Made by a program: the position numbers and the translations under genes. 64,000 nt of DNA from Felis catus (taxonomy: Eukaryota), in NCBI RefSeq assembly GCF_018350175.1, contig NC_058368.1:35280001-35344000 (forward strand). Direction: 5' to 3'. Below are positions 11,902-25,010 of this stretch, piece by piece (the stretch's first letter is position 1; each line of letters opens with the position of its first letter). The notes beneath the pieces are model-generated. The model saw only the letters and a list, made by a program, of their open reading frames with translations. It was not told the origin of the DNA and made no database searches.

Positions 11902-14621
11902 AAAAACCGGTAATTTTAAATAAATAATAGTGTATAGTAAATTTAAATAATTTATATTCACTGAATATCTACATCATTTCTAACTCAGATTAACATTAAA
12001 TGCTAAATATAAGTTTATGTTTATTTTCATTTTTTAATTTTTTCTTTTACAGAGAGACAAACATTTGGGTCTATTAATAAACATGCTTTGTACCACACTG
12101 AAAAATTTTCTAGGAGGAAGGATATAGGTCTAGAAATTATGGAATTTATAAATTTTTAATTTACTACAGGATGCTAATATATAGATAGTTCACAGTTCTA
12201 AGCTTCCCAGTTGTCAAAGACTACCAATAGTTAAAATTTATAATCAATATTTAAAAATAAGTACTAAAAATAATACTGGTGAAAAATAGAATGTATTTGG
12301 ATAAGGTAAGATATAAGTTTTAAGTTTGGAGGTTTTTTTTATTTGGTTTGGTTTTGGTAGAGGAAAAAAGAAAGTAATTTTGTCCTAAAGTAAAATGATT
12401 ATTCCAGAATAAGAAAGGAAAAAGATGGGACAAAACCTAAATGGATATAAAAGATGTACAAGGTCTGTGGAAAAGAAATCTTGTGAAAGGAATTTTATGT
12501 GTAGCCAAGCTAAGATTGGAATTGATTTATGTTAAAAAAAAAAAAGAATTTTAATATCAAAAGTACACTGGTGCAAAATTAGAATTTGATTTTCTTTGTG
12601 TTAAAAGGACAGGTTTTTTGGGTTTTTTTTAGATTATTGGTTCACTGTTAAGAGACTGTAAACAAAGGTTTTTTCTTTACCTTTAATGTAATTGCCTAGA
12701 AAACCAAGACTCTGTGTCTTAAGAAAATAATTTCCTGTGCTTCATGTTGCCTTTATCGAGTCTGATTACTTAAAAATATAACTAAGTCTTCTCTATTAAA
12801 AGGGCTAAGATTTTTTTTTGTCAAATATATAGTTCCCATATTTGTCTTTGAAATATTTTAATTGTCTTTGGTTTAATGGATAACTAAGTATTGTTTGACA
12901 GAGACCTATGATTCTATTTGGTTACATGTTTTAAATCTTTTGACATTTTTAACAAACTTTTCCCCAAATCAAATTCTGAATAAAGTAAAATATATATGTT
13001 AATTTATGTAAGCTTTTTTGATATGTTAATTGCATGAAAAACATTGTCAAATAAAAAGCAAAGTTTAACCTTTTTAGATATTTATATGAGATATCAGTAA
13101 AATAATTCAGAAATTATATGAAATTCCTAAAAAGCTGATATATTCTGGTATCGTGTTTTCAGTCATAATTTTTCAATATTTTTACTTGTCAATTGCATCT
13201 CTGTGTGTGTGTATGTGTGTGTGTGTATGAACTCTGATCATAGTGTGTGTATGAACTATGATCATACTGCCAACCACGGTTATTTTTAAGTCTTTGGTCA
13301 TTTACAGACAGTCATTATTTTACTTTAGTACTTTTGCAAAAGTATTCCTGAAAAAAAATGCTTCATTTTCAAAGAGATTCATGGAGAAGACTCTGAAAAA
13401 TACTCTAAAATGCAGGTTTCTGAGATGATGACACTGAACTGGGTAAGAATTTCTAAAACTCTAATGGAAACCTGATTGATTAATAAAGCTGCCAAACCAA
13501 AATGAAGCAAAACAAGAAGTAATTACATAACACTGAATGAACTGATGAAAATAATTATAATTTTTATGACTTCATCTTAAACATTGCTGGTTCTTTTAAT
13601 GTTTTATTTTCCACATTTAAAGGGCCTCCTTTTCTCCTCTTTTTTAAGCTATCTATAACTTAGAGCAATTTGGTGAAGCGTATCTTTGCAACAAGAATTG
13701 AAATATTTTTCTTTTTATCCTTACCTGATCCCTCCAGAATTCAGAAACTCTTATTAAATATTCTTACCTTTTATGACAATATATGTATTTGCATAAGTTC
13801 AATATGAATCTGGTCTCCTTGTAACAAGACACAACTGGACAAGTCCTTGGCTTCGCATCCTAACCTTGAGAGGCTTATGAAAGTACAATTTGAGATTCCC
13901 TATGAAGAGTTTCAGCAAAGTAGATTTTAAAAACCTATGAGGTCAATAACTATTCTTGCTCCACTTACGTAAATAACCAGGCCAAGTTTATTGAAAATAG
14001 ACTTAATTTGTAAACAAATTAGACTTTCTGTCATTTGTTACAGAAATGGGAATGATTACAGAGAAAAAAATTGTATTTCAGTAATACACCTTACTGGATA
14101 TCAGATTCTAATTCTGTTAATTGCCTCTGAAGTTTTGTTTTTACCTCTAAACTAGATTGGATCTTGAATCCTTCTATTTTCTTCCAATACTTGGCTAGAA
14201 TTCTCCAAACTAACATTTCCAATTTTCTCCCACTCTCTTGACTTGGAATCACTATAAAACTAAAATTGCCCTTTTCCCAAAGCCATACAAGTTAAACTGG
14301 AGAACTTGAGAGAAACCAAAGAGAAATCACCACAATAGCTCACATACGGACAATCTTCATGCGTGCCTGCTGCTATGTGACTACTCAGAAAGTTCACGAG
14401 AGACATTCAAACTGCAAATCAGGGATGTCTATCAGGCTGCCACTGCCTGCCCTTAGTCCATGGGAAGATGTTTTGAACCCAATGTCTAAAAGCCTTCTCA
14501 ACTGGCTTTTCCCCAGACTCAGAAACTGAATCTATAATTTGCTTGAACTATTAACATTTGTTTTTCTTTCATTTCCATGGAAACACCTCTAATTAAATTA
14601 CCTGATTGTTCACATCATATG

Positions 14622-14935
14622 GAGCTCACTTGCAATAACACCTCTCAAAATAAAGCCTCCTCATACTCATCCTGTCCTAAGTAATCATGAGAATATGTGA
14701 TTGCTAGTACATCAAGCTGTGCATATGTAAATAACTTTTAAAAATTATAATTCATTTGAGTTATTTAATTGGTTAATGTTGGCTCCTGGTAATTTCTGTT
14801 CCAGGGAATTTGTCAATCCTTGGTTATTGTTCTTGGTATAGTCATTATATTAACCTCTCTACTGCACTGTATACTTGAGAGTTTTAAATGCCTGTGATAG
14901 CCACTCACAGGCCAAATGGTATCCATCAGGATCCA
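14622..14935 (+). pseudogene. Decayed env transmembrane-subunit remnant
   Basis: IASTSSCAYVNN (decayed CX6CC region), FELFNWL, hydrophobic IVLGIVIILTSLLHCIL, VLNAC, GQMVSIR, shortly upstream of the purine tract and 3' LTR. Confidence 0.65.
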
Positions 14936-15150
14936 ACAACTGGATGAAATCAATAATAACCACATAAATGATGAAGATGGTGACTACATAGCCCTCTAGC
15001 CTAAAGACTCAACTAATGGAAAGAGCAAATATGTCATTCTTCAGCCTGATTAATTACATGAACGGTTGTAAATGAGAATAAGGCTATATTGGTTGGTCAT
15101 ACTCTCACTCTGCCGAGAGAAAAACCAAATGGAGGTGGGTGGGGGTGGAC

Positions 15151-15618
15151 TGTTAAAATAAAAAAACAAATGAAAACTTTGAAAATGCCCTGAGTGGACT
15201 AAACCAGTGTAATCATATAAACAAAGCTTAATTTAGCTTATTTGCAAGACTAACTTGACCTGGGTCATTTCTTGCTTACACCTCTAAAATCATAAGCAAA
15301 ACTTAAACTATTACCCCTAAGGTTAATATGAAATATCCACTGACCAACTGTCCATCATTTAAGAAAATTTTAACATAACCAATATCTACATGTATACCAA
15401 TATCTAAATTAACCAATCATTGTGATGAATAAATAGTCACTGCTTTCTCACTGTATAAAGCTGCTTTATAACAGTATGTCCATAAGCCCCATTCACTATT
15501 TTGGTTTGAGTGCTCCCAGTTCACAAAGTATCTTTATAGTGTGTGCACAATAAACTTTTACTAATTACTACTTCAGTGACTCATTGGTTTTACTTTGGTT
15601 ATGTCTGAATTTGTGACA
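15151..15618 (+). repeat. ERV 3' LTR (468 bp)
   Basis: TGTTA...TGACA preceded by GGAGGTGGGTGGGGGTGGAC; homologous to 8332-8748, with about 34 bp extra at 15381-15414. Confidence 0.93.
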
Positions 15619-18274
15619 CACTCAAATTAATAATTAATGCCATAGTAACAAAGAAGGTAAAAATTAAACAAAAATAATTTATAAAAGGTAATAAAAATCA
15701 CTATGAAGAAACTGAAGACAATGCTATAAAAACATCAAGAATGAAAACTGCAGGAAATAAACTGGCTACATATTTAAAAATGTATATAACTACTATAATA
15801 TTAAACATAAATATTTGTCTAAATATTTTTTTCAGAACTTGGCTTTATCCAGCAGTTTATGGTTTTATAAGATTCACACATTTATTTACTTGCCAAATAT
15901 TTTCCATTTTATTTTGACCCTTAAAATGAACAGAAGTTCCAAATGAAATTCACGGAAGGAATTTCCTTGGTGACATATTTTATTTTGATGTTTGCTCAAA
16001 AGGCCATTAAGATGTGTTGGATGATCGATGGGCTGATTTGGAATTTCTTGTGTGCCCATAATGTCATAATGAGATATTGCATTATTCTAAGACTCCAAAA
16101 ATTTTTAACAAAGCTTAATAGAACTATTCCAGTGTTATTCCATCAAGTGTGAGATTGCAAAATTGTAGTATATCTTTAGGCCACAGACATGAACAATACT
16201 GTATGAAAATAGAAACCAAGCTCAAGAGTTGTATAGTATAGTCATTGATCTTACAAAAGCATCTGTCCTCTGGAGCAAAGCTGAATCCTGCACACCCAAA
16301 CAGACTTACACTTATTTAGAGCTCTCTCAATCTTCTAAGGCACATATACCCATCTTCTAAGTCAGGAATAAGATTGTGTCACTCTGCACTATAAAATTAT
16401 CTCCAAACTACATATTGTGAATTACCTCTTTTGGCCAAGCAATAGACAAGATAACTTGTATTACATTTTTCTTTGATTCTTTCCATTTTATACAAAAACA
16501 TCCAGTTGAATAAGGCAGTGGGAGGAGGAAGCAAACAACACATTCAAGGTCATGTATCATTAATGAAAGTTTATTTTCTCAAACAAGTTATACATGTGAA
16601 AACAGGCTTGGAATTCAACCAGTGTCCAGCTAAGTGCCACACGGTACATAAGCCATCTGGATTTATTTATTTTTTTTAGGGCTGAAATATCAAAGCCAAA
16701 ATTTGCCCCTAGTGTTCTCAAATTTCAAAGCACCAATTACCAGGCTACCAGGCTAAGGTTTAGTGTGCCTATAAACAGTTTATATTTTATGAGTTCACAG
16801 TTCACTTGAATAGAGACATACTGATTTGTCATGAATTGTGTTAAGTTAGCTTAGAATTTCCAAAAGTTCATGTCTGAACTTTCATTTTAACATGATAGTT
16901 TTTATGCACATTTTCATTTTCAGAATTTTGCTTACCATTATTCCAAACAAAATTAATGACCCCTGGAAAACATCAAGTGGAATGCTAGGTGCCAGGTGGT
17001 ATATATTTTGTTTGTTTTGTTGACCATATTAGGAAAACAAAAAGGTTAATTTTGTGGCTAACTACTACCCAAACCAACTTTAAAAAATGTCAGCTCAAGA
17101 AACATCACTCTTCTCTGGTTGATATCCCTTTATACCTTAATCTGAAAGTCAAATGAGCATTTCCAGGCAAAAGATATAAGAACTTGGGTGTGCCAGTGGG
17201 TTTATTTTTAATTGGAAAAAGAACTCCTCTTTCTTAAAAGTCAGGTAATGATTTCAATGTGTTTCTAAGCAAGACCTGAATAAAATATTAGACAATCATG
17301 CTCAAAAGCTATTAGTGGTTTTCTAATCTAGTACAAAGGGAGGCAGTTTTGAAAGTAATTGGAGTTTTCTTTATTTTTAGCTGTAAAACTTGTAGAAAAT
17401 TTAGCAAGTACACTATTTTTTGAAATTTTCATCAGGCAAAACACTGTCGAGTTCCTTATATGTAAATACAGAAAATATTCCCATTTATTAACTGATAAAT
17501 ATAACACACTGAAAGGTTCTGTAAAAATAAATATATGGTATTCATAGGATAAAATCTAGCCCAGCAGCAGGGAGAGATATGCCTCTTTATTTTATTTTTC
17601 AACTACTAATAATAGTCTCTTATTCTAGAGCAGGATCTTGTAATCATTTTTGTATTTTTGGAGCCTAACTTGAAGGGTAGAATCTCATATATTCTCAGAT
17701 AAAGAGATTTTAATTGAATTAAATGGATCTATACTTTTTCAACTCTGATCAAAAGCCTTTGTTAACCACACAATTTGCTTGTCCATCATATACTGCAAAT
17801 GCTTGCATAGGAAATGACTAAGCATGGAGAAATAGATAACTTTTATTTAGAAAAATAGTTGTCTGATGAGCTGGAAAGCAAAAACATTTGAACTATGTTG
17901 TGTAAGATGAATTGCTAGGTTTCCCTCTTCTAGACACTTTAGTATTAAACGCCGAACTTCCTTGGGAATGGCGGGTGCCTGGTAGATTGGGTTCATGTTT
18001 TTAGTTGCTAACTTTTGACATATGTGTTAAGTTTCAGAATTAAGGAAGAGAGACAAAGTGCCAAATATAGAAAATTCCATCTAACCCCTAAAAGAAAAGC
18101 TCTTTCAAGAATATAAATCTCACTGTGCTATCAAACTGTAGATTTTGTACTGTGGAGGTTCAAGTAAGAAACTAGGATTTACACATATTAGCATACAAAA
18201 ACTCCATTTAAGAACCATTTAAATGGTGACAAAGAATTGCTTCTCCACTGCATCTTTAAAAGGGCACTGGCAGA

Positions 18275-18421
18275 GGGGCTCCTGAGTGGCTCAGTGGGTT
18301 AAGTGCTGGACTCATAGATTTAGGGGTTCAGGTCATGATCTCATTGTTCTCCCTGCCCCTCCCCTGCTTGTGTGAATACACTCTCCCTCTCTCTCAAAAT
18401 AAATAAATAAACATTAAAAAA
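18275..18421 (+). mobile_element. Older Can-SINE with internal deletion
   Basis: GGGGCTCCTGAGTGGCTCAG head, B-box region missing, CT tract and A tail; degenerate TSD AAAAGGGCACTGGCA / AAACGGGCACAGGCA. Confidence 0.88.
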
Positions 18422-18613
18422 CGGGCACAGGCACAATGTTTCTTGTTCTGCTAATGATCATTTTTTTTCTTACTGATGTTCATCCATTCCCCAATTTTGA
18501 AGACTAACTATCTACATTTTGTTTTAGGATCGCATATATGAAATATTAAAATAAATCCTAATCACTTGACCAAGAGACAAATTATGACTACCATGTCAAT
18601 TATCATAACCATA

Positions 18614-18821
18614 GGGATGCCTGGGTGGCTCAGTTAAGTGTCCCACTCTTGATTTCAGCTCATGTAATGATCTTATAGTTTGTGGGTTCAAGCCCCACAT
18701 CAGGCTATGCACTGACAGTGTGGAACCTGCCTGGGATTCTCTCTCTCCCTCTCTCTGCTCCTCCCCAGCTTGTGCGTGTGCTTGCGCTCTCTCAAAAATA
18801 AACTTAAAATAAATAAATAAA
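18614..18821 (+). mobile_element. Can-SINE
   Basis: GGGATGCCTGGGTGGCTCAG...GGTTCAAGCCCC...CT tract and A-rich tail. Confidence 0.92.
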
Positions 18822-19368
18822 TGCCATAAACACAACCAAAAAATGAGAACCTGTTACATTTTTAATACACCATGATGTTGTACTTTTCAACACTAGCAAG
18901 ATGCAGTAAAATATGTTCTCCTTAAGAGATTTCAAATTCATTGCGAGATAGTTATGTTTTCACTTCTGTTTTAAAGTCAGATCTGAAGACAGTGCTCCAT
19001 CTAAAAATGAAAAGTAAATTCCACAGTCAGAAAGTCCAGTGGCTGTGAGCCCTTGTTTCATAGGACTGGAGACTGGGCAAATAAATAGGCTGCTGACTCA
19101 ACCTTTGTGAGTGACAGGGTAGTTAAAGAAAAAAAAAAAAAAAGCTAAAAATATATTGGGCTCTGGCTACCAAGTAAGAGTCTTATTAACAGATGTAAAA
19201 TTGGTATAAATCTTTTGGATATAGAGATTTGTTTTAAAACCTATAAAGAGAATGTCTTTCTGTTCATCTATTAAGATAGAGGCTAGAGCTCTCCTACTCT
19301 TCTAAGAACAGTAAGAGAATCAACATTGCACAAGGTAATATTTCAGATCTTTAATCTCTAAAAGATTC

Positions 19369-19649
19369 TTTTTTTTAATGTCTATTTTGAGAGAGAGAGA
19401 GTGAGCAGGGTAGGGGCAGAGGGAGAGGGAGAGGGAGAGGGAGGAGAGGAGGGAGAGGGAGGAGAGGGAGGAGAGGGAGGAGAGGGAGGAGAGGGAGGAG
19501 AGGGAGGAGAGGGAGAGAGAGAGAATCCCAAGCAGGATCCATGTTCAGTAAGGAGCCTGACACAGGGCTCGATCCCATGAACCATGAGATCATGAGCTGA
19601 GGCAAAATCAAGAGTCAGACACTCAACCAACTGAACCACCTAGGTACCC
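19369..19649 (-). mobile_element. Can-SINE with expanded (GGAGAGGGA)n tract
   Basis: Reverse Can-SINE; purine repeat at about 19418-19523; degenerate TSD AATCTCTAAA..ATTC. Confidence 0.92.
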
Positions 19650-22501
19650 TAAATCTCTAAACAATTCATTCATCATGATATCAGCCCCTCAGTTAAAGGT
19701 AAGATTATGTCTGAATTTCAGGGTCTTGGAGATAATTTAATTAAATGGGTAATTTTATAGTTGAGTAAAGACAATCAACATAGTCACTCGCTGAAGCTAT
19801 TTGATGATATAGCCACTAGTAGAAGTCAAATCTTCTGATTCTCCATCAACAGTTTTGGAGATTTAATTTTCTCCCCTTCATCATACTTAACAGTAATGTT
19901 GTTTTGTAAACCAAAGTTGCTTTCAAACATTTTTGAAGATACAGTGAGAAATAGATTTCACATCATTACCACACATATGCACAAAGAAATGACATGAAAG
20001 TTTCTTGAAAAAATACTACATAAGATACACCAAGGAATTTGTGGTTTCTTTTTTTTATATGCTATTCTATTTATTTTTAAATGGTAATCAAGACCCAGTA
20101 CAATAATAATTTCACTATTTACTAAGAGGTAAATGACATCCATGTTGAAATAATAACTGTAGTCTAACTTTCTGTTTTGTTGTTTCCAAAGAGACATAAA
20201 GAACTTTAACTTCAAGTATTTATGCCAACAATCAAATAGGTACCATGATAGGGCCATGCCCTCTGGATGGAAGAAGACCCTAAGCAAAAGTGTGCTGATT
20301 TTACTCATTACACATGCCTTTCTCAAATCAATATTCACCTAGTACTACTCGTTCCAATAATACTCTGCCCCTCCCAGTCAGGAAGACGAGGATCTAAAGA
20401 AGAAACTTTGCTTCCCTATAACTGCTTCCACCTTCTCAGGTTCCCTTTCCTGGGCAGAAATCCTTGCATTCCAACCATGTATTCCAGAGATGTCAGAAAA
20501 TCAGAATAGTTCTCACTGTAATCACTTTTCTTCTCACAAGTAAATCAAGTTTCCCAAATTCTTCTGGATAATACCATTTTAGCAATTCTTAAATAAATGC
20601 CCACATCTTTCTTCTAGTTCAGTGCCCCATATCTTGGATTATGGGCAAGCCATTCTTCTATCTAATTCCTCTTTCTAAACATGTGATAGGGAGCCCCATG
20701 GAATACTTACAAGTCCTTTGACTATGTCGTGGTAGTCACCTGCCACCTCTGTATCCCATCCTCCTCCCTGTATCTCGTCTTGAATGCAAATTCTGTCTCA
20801 CACTCTTATTCTGTCTCATACACATGTATATCCCCACAGGGATACATATCTGAATTTGGGCCTTAGGATGTGCAAGCTGACTTGAATCTTAGGGTAATAC
20901 AGACATGTATCCCACCACCCATTGCCACCACACCTTTATCCCTTTATCTGCTATAACTCTGTGAACACACATATAGGCCCCTACAGGCCAGTCCAGAGAT
21001 CAAGTGACGGCTTGATCTTTCTACTGGATAGTTCTGTGATTTTTTTCATTTGCTCTGAACCAAAGCTTAAGCAAAAGCCTAATATGTGAGAGAGGGAGAG
21101 GAGAAGTTTTCTTATCTGCCTTCCACCCATGATCTTCCATCCACTAACACTATAAGGCAGTCCCAGCTCCTTAGAATAATTTAAACACCTGATGTCTCAG
21201 TCTCTTCCCAATGCCTAAAAATTTATATGCATGTATGTATACATACGCACACACACACGTATATATAATCTGAATAATAATAATCTGTATCTTATAATCC
21301 GAATGATCACCTGAAATGGGAATGGAAAAGAGAGAATGAAAAGAAGAGGAATAAAAGGAAATGAATCCCTCACTAGTTGTTGTATAACTCCCTTGGATAA
21401 GCTAAGAACAAAGCTATGCTGAAGTCTTCGTACCAAGTTTTACTGAGTGTTTTGTTTGTATTCATTCTCATATCAGTTTGGTTTTGGTAGCACTTATACA
21501 AGTGGTGAAGGGTGTTCAAAAAACAGTGCTTTATCATGACAAACATCACCTATGGTTAAGCCATCTCTACATCCCCGAAGCATTTGTGAGTCCTCAAAAA
21601 GAACAAAAATTAAAAGAAATAAACACACAATGGACGATGGTGCCCCTTGCAAACAAGGCATCCTTTACTCCTGAGCTAAAATTATTTTTCAACTAATGAA
21701 GGAGTCGACTGCTGTGAGGCTCTCTCTGCTCTGTGGAGCAGTTATAGGGATGGGAGGTGTTGCCATTCCAGCCCACTGAACAGTCAGAGAAAAAATTCTG
21801 CTTCTCCACATTTGACCTGGTGCATCTAAATCATGTGAAACTACAAAATAAAATCCAGGGGTCTTGAAACTTTCCTATTGCTCCAGTCATTCAGATGGCC
21901 AACCTCATCATCATGACAACAGGTACTCTAAACTCAAAGTAGCACAACCACTCTAGCTTCCTCCCTATGTTGGAAAGAACCTGTCCTCATGCAAGTGTAC
22001 AATTCTTAGCAAAGACTAAGGATTGCAATGAAAGCTGCACAAGCAAAGGTGTGGGCAAAAAGATTTCTTAAAAATGTTCTTACTTCTTTTCCATTCCTTT
22101 CAACATAGATGGAAACATTTGAGGCAAGTTATGTTGTCAAGCCATGACCACCAAGATAGGTTCTTCTTACTGAATGTGGAGTGAAAGATTAAGCAATGAG
22201 AAATTTGGCAAGTCTTCTTGGCTGCTCTTTTTCAGCAATCTGCTTTAGAAGGCCTTAGCTGTCTGTGTTCTGCTTTCAACGTCACCATTTGTCTGAGAGT
22301 GATGAGGCACAATGATGACAAGTTAGATAAGGTTGCTGTCTGCACGTTCCTCAACTCAACTAAAGTAAAAAAAAAAAACAAAAAACAAAAAACAAAAAAC
22401 CTAAAACAATAACGTCTGTGGTTCTGAGGAACTACAAAAAAGTGATATAGCAGCAGCTGTGCGCAGGCAGCAGAGATTTAATTTAGAACTAGGAGTACTT
22501 A

Positions 22502-22720
22502 GGGGTGCCTGGGTGGCTCAGTTGGCTAAGCATCCCTCTTCAGCTCAGGTCATAATATCACAAATCATGAGTTTGAGCCCCACATTGGGCTCTGTGCTGA
22601 CAGCTCAGAGCCTGGAGACTGCTTCAGATTCTGTGTCTCCCTCTCTCTCTCTCTCTGTCCCTTCCTCACTAGTACTCTCTCTCTGAAAAATAAATTTAAA
22701 ATTTTTAAATTAAAAAAAAA
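22502..22720 (+). mobile_element. Can-SINE
   Basis: GGGGTGCCTGGGTGGCTCAG head; TSD AGAACTAGGAGTACTT / AGAACAAAGAGTACTT at 22485-22500 and 22721-22736. Confidence 0.94.
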
Positions 22721-23979
22721 AGAACAAAGAGTACTTGAAGAAATGTTGAACAGTCTCCAAGAATCATAAATTGTTTTCTCTAGAATGACCCAGCAAAGTA
22801 ATGTGATATCTTAACTATGGTTTCCTTACCCACCAAAGTGCATGCTTCGGTTATGCTACAACAGCAAACCGGCATGCACTACACACCCTTAAAGACTTAT
22901 AAATATCAGAATGACTTTCACAAGACCAACTACATTTTAAAGCCAAAACTTTTCCGCAAACATTTCAAAATGTGTGTGTAGTATGGCAAACATAATTCAA
23001 TTACTTCACTTGAGGATAGCAACGTAATTTCCCTCCTTTAAAATGGATGCTTCATGCACAGACAGTTCACATGAATGTTCATGAAGGGCCTGGTTCCCGA
23101 GCAATAACCTTCTGAAGAACAGGCAATTGGGGTCTCATCACTTGTGGAATTTGTGGCTAAATGGACACTCCTTAGCTGAGCAATGGCTTCCATTCTGTAG
23201 AGGTAGTGTAATAACACACATGCAGCTTAGCAACCACTTAGCAACTGTCCTCCTGCTGGTCTCCAGTGACAACTCATTTTCTATAGGTAGAACATGAAGG
23301 TGCTTATTCATGCACAGAAAACTTAGGATTTTTCTTTCTTAGTTGTCGTATCATTAGTTGTGAGATGGACTTCTCTTAAATGGAACGAAAGTCAGAAGAA
23401 CTGATGAAATTTGTCTGAAAAAGGGACCCTGGAAGTTCCAACTATAGAGGTCTCAACTTTGTCACTCAATATTTGATGTATTTAAATGGTAAGAAATTCC
23501 ATGAATCACTTTCCCTATTAATCTTTAAAACCAGTGGAGAAAATCTGGTTTACCAGGATTCAACTTAGAAAGAACTCTGTATTTGTTGAAAGAAATAGCT
23601 TGATAAAAGTCGCTGAGATTGAAGGTGATACCCCAAGGCATGTTCACGTAACAAAGATGCAAGTGTCTGGGGTGGGAATTCCCCAGAGAGGGGAAGAAAG
23701 TAGACCAAGAAGAAAAAAAGAAAAAGAAAATGGAGAGTACAGAGAAAAAAACAAATGGGGTGGTGGACTTCAGCATAACAATGAATGATCATGTCATTTT
23801 TTAAGAAAACTTGACAAAAAACATAAAAGATTTGGTGTGAGTGGGCTTCTTATTGAAACTACTTGAGAAGTTGAATTCTACTCTTGTACTGATTTTGAGC
23901 AAAATATAAATGCTAAGTCTGGACTCAGTAGCTGATATGTGAAATGTGATATGTGATATTATGTATTGACTTCATGCCT

Positions 23980-25010
23980 AGGAAACCATCGGGAATATTT
24001 TACCATAGATGGAATTCTAAAAAGTAAGAGCTCATATCTTACACACACACAAACGTGAAAATCCAGATAAATTAAAATACTCAATATAAAAAAATTTTCT
24101 CCAATAAAAACTGACAAGAAATTAAGAAAATATTTTCTGATCACTAGGTGGAGAGAAAATACTTAACAAAATAAGGTGAAATGAAAGATCATTACTAAGA
24201 TGTTTGAACTATATGAATATTATTTTTTTTTAATTTTAAGGGTAAAAAATTAATTGGCAAAGATTGCTATGAGTGTGACAAATAGTAAAAAAAATACTCA
24301 ATAAAAGACTTATGCAAATCTATATGGTAAATCCTATACTTAAAGATAAATATGAGCAAAACGCATCAATCCTAGCAAAAACAAAAAAGAAAATAGGAGT
24401 ACTTAATGAGGGTGTAAATGCTGAGAAACCCAATGTGGGAGAGGGCGTAATGAGAAAGCTCACAAACTGCTTACAAGCCTGTGAGTGGGTTAGCTTTTCC
24501 AGAAGGCACATACATACATAATTTCCCAGGAAGTCTGTTTCTGTGACTGTATCCCATGGGAATTATTAGAAATATGAATATGGTTTTATTGTAAATATGA
24601 TAAATATTATACTACTTATTATATTAAAATTTGAAATTATCCTAAGTATCTATGAATGGATAAATAATGATGCCACCCACTCATGATGGCACATTATGCA
24701 CTATTGAAATGATGTTTTCAGTGCATGATCAATGAAGTGATAAGAGGCCTGTGATATATTATTAGGAGAAAAAAAGGAGAATACATAATTATATGTTTAC
24801 TGGAATTCTTATGGTCTCTTTCTGTCTCTGTCTCTCTGGCTATATTTAGAAAAAGAAAATAGACAATAGATACATGAATCTCGTGAGAAACACAGAAAAC
24901 ATATTCCATGGCTATCTGTGGATTCTTAGAATAAGAGATTTTCATTTGCTTCTCATACTTTTCCACATTTTCAAATTCTCAAAATGAGCATTTATTTCTT
25001 CTGTGACTTT
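23980..25010 (+). mobile_element. Highly decayed ancient L1 (L1ME-like) 3' region
   Basis: A-rich remnants in the order of ORF2 C-terminus then 3'UTR. Confidence 0.55.

Larger units (their letters stand above)
8332..15618 (+). mobile_element. Complete degenerate class I (ERV1) endogenous retrovirus with non-coding internal region
   Basis: Two homologous TG...CA LTRs; 4-bp TSD CACT at 8328-8331 and 15619-15622; PBS-like sequence after the 5' LTR; purine tract before the 3' LTR; gag and env remnants. Confidence 0.92.

Noticed and set aside
19375..19639. (LLP)n and (PPS)n proline-rich ORFs
   Set aside because: Translation of the expanded SINE microsatellite.
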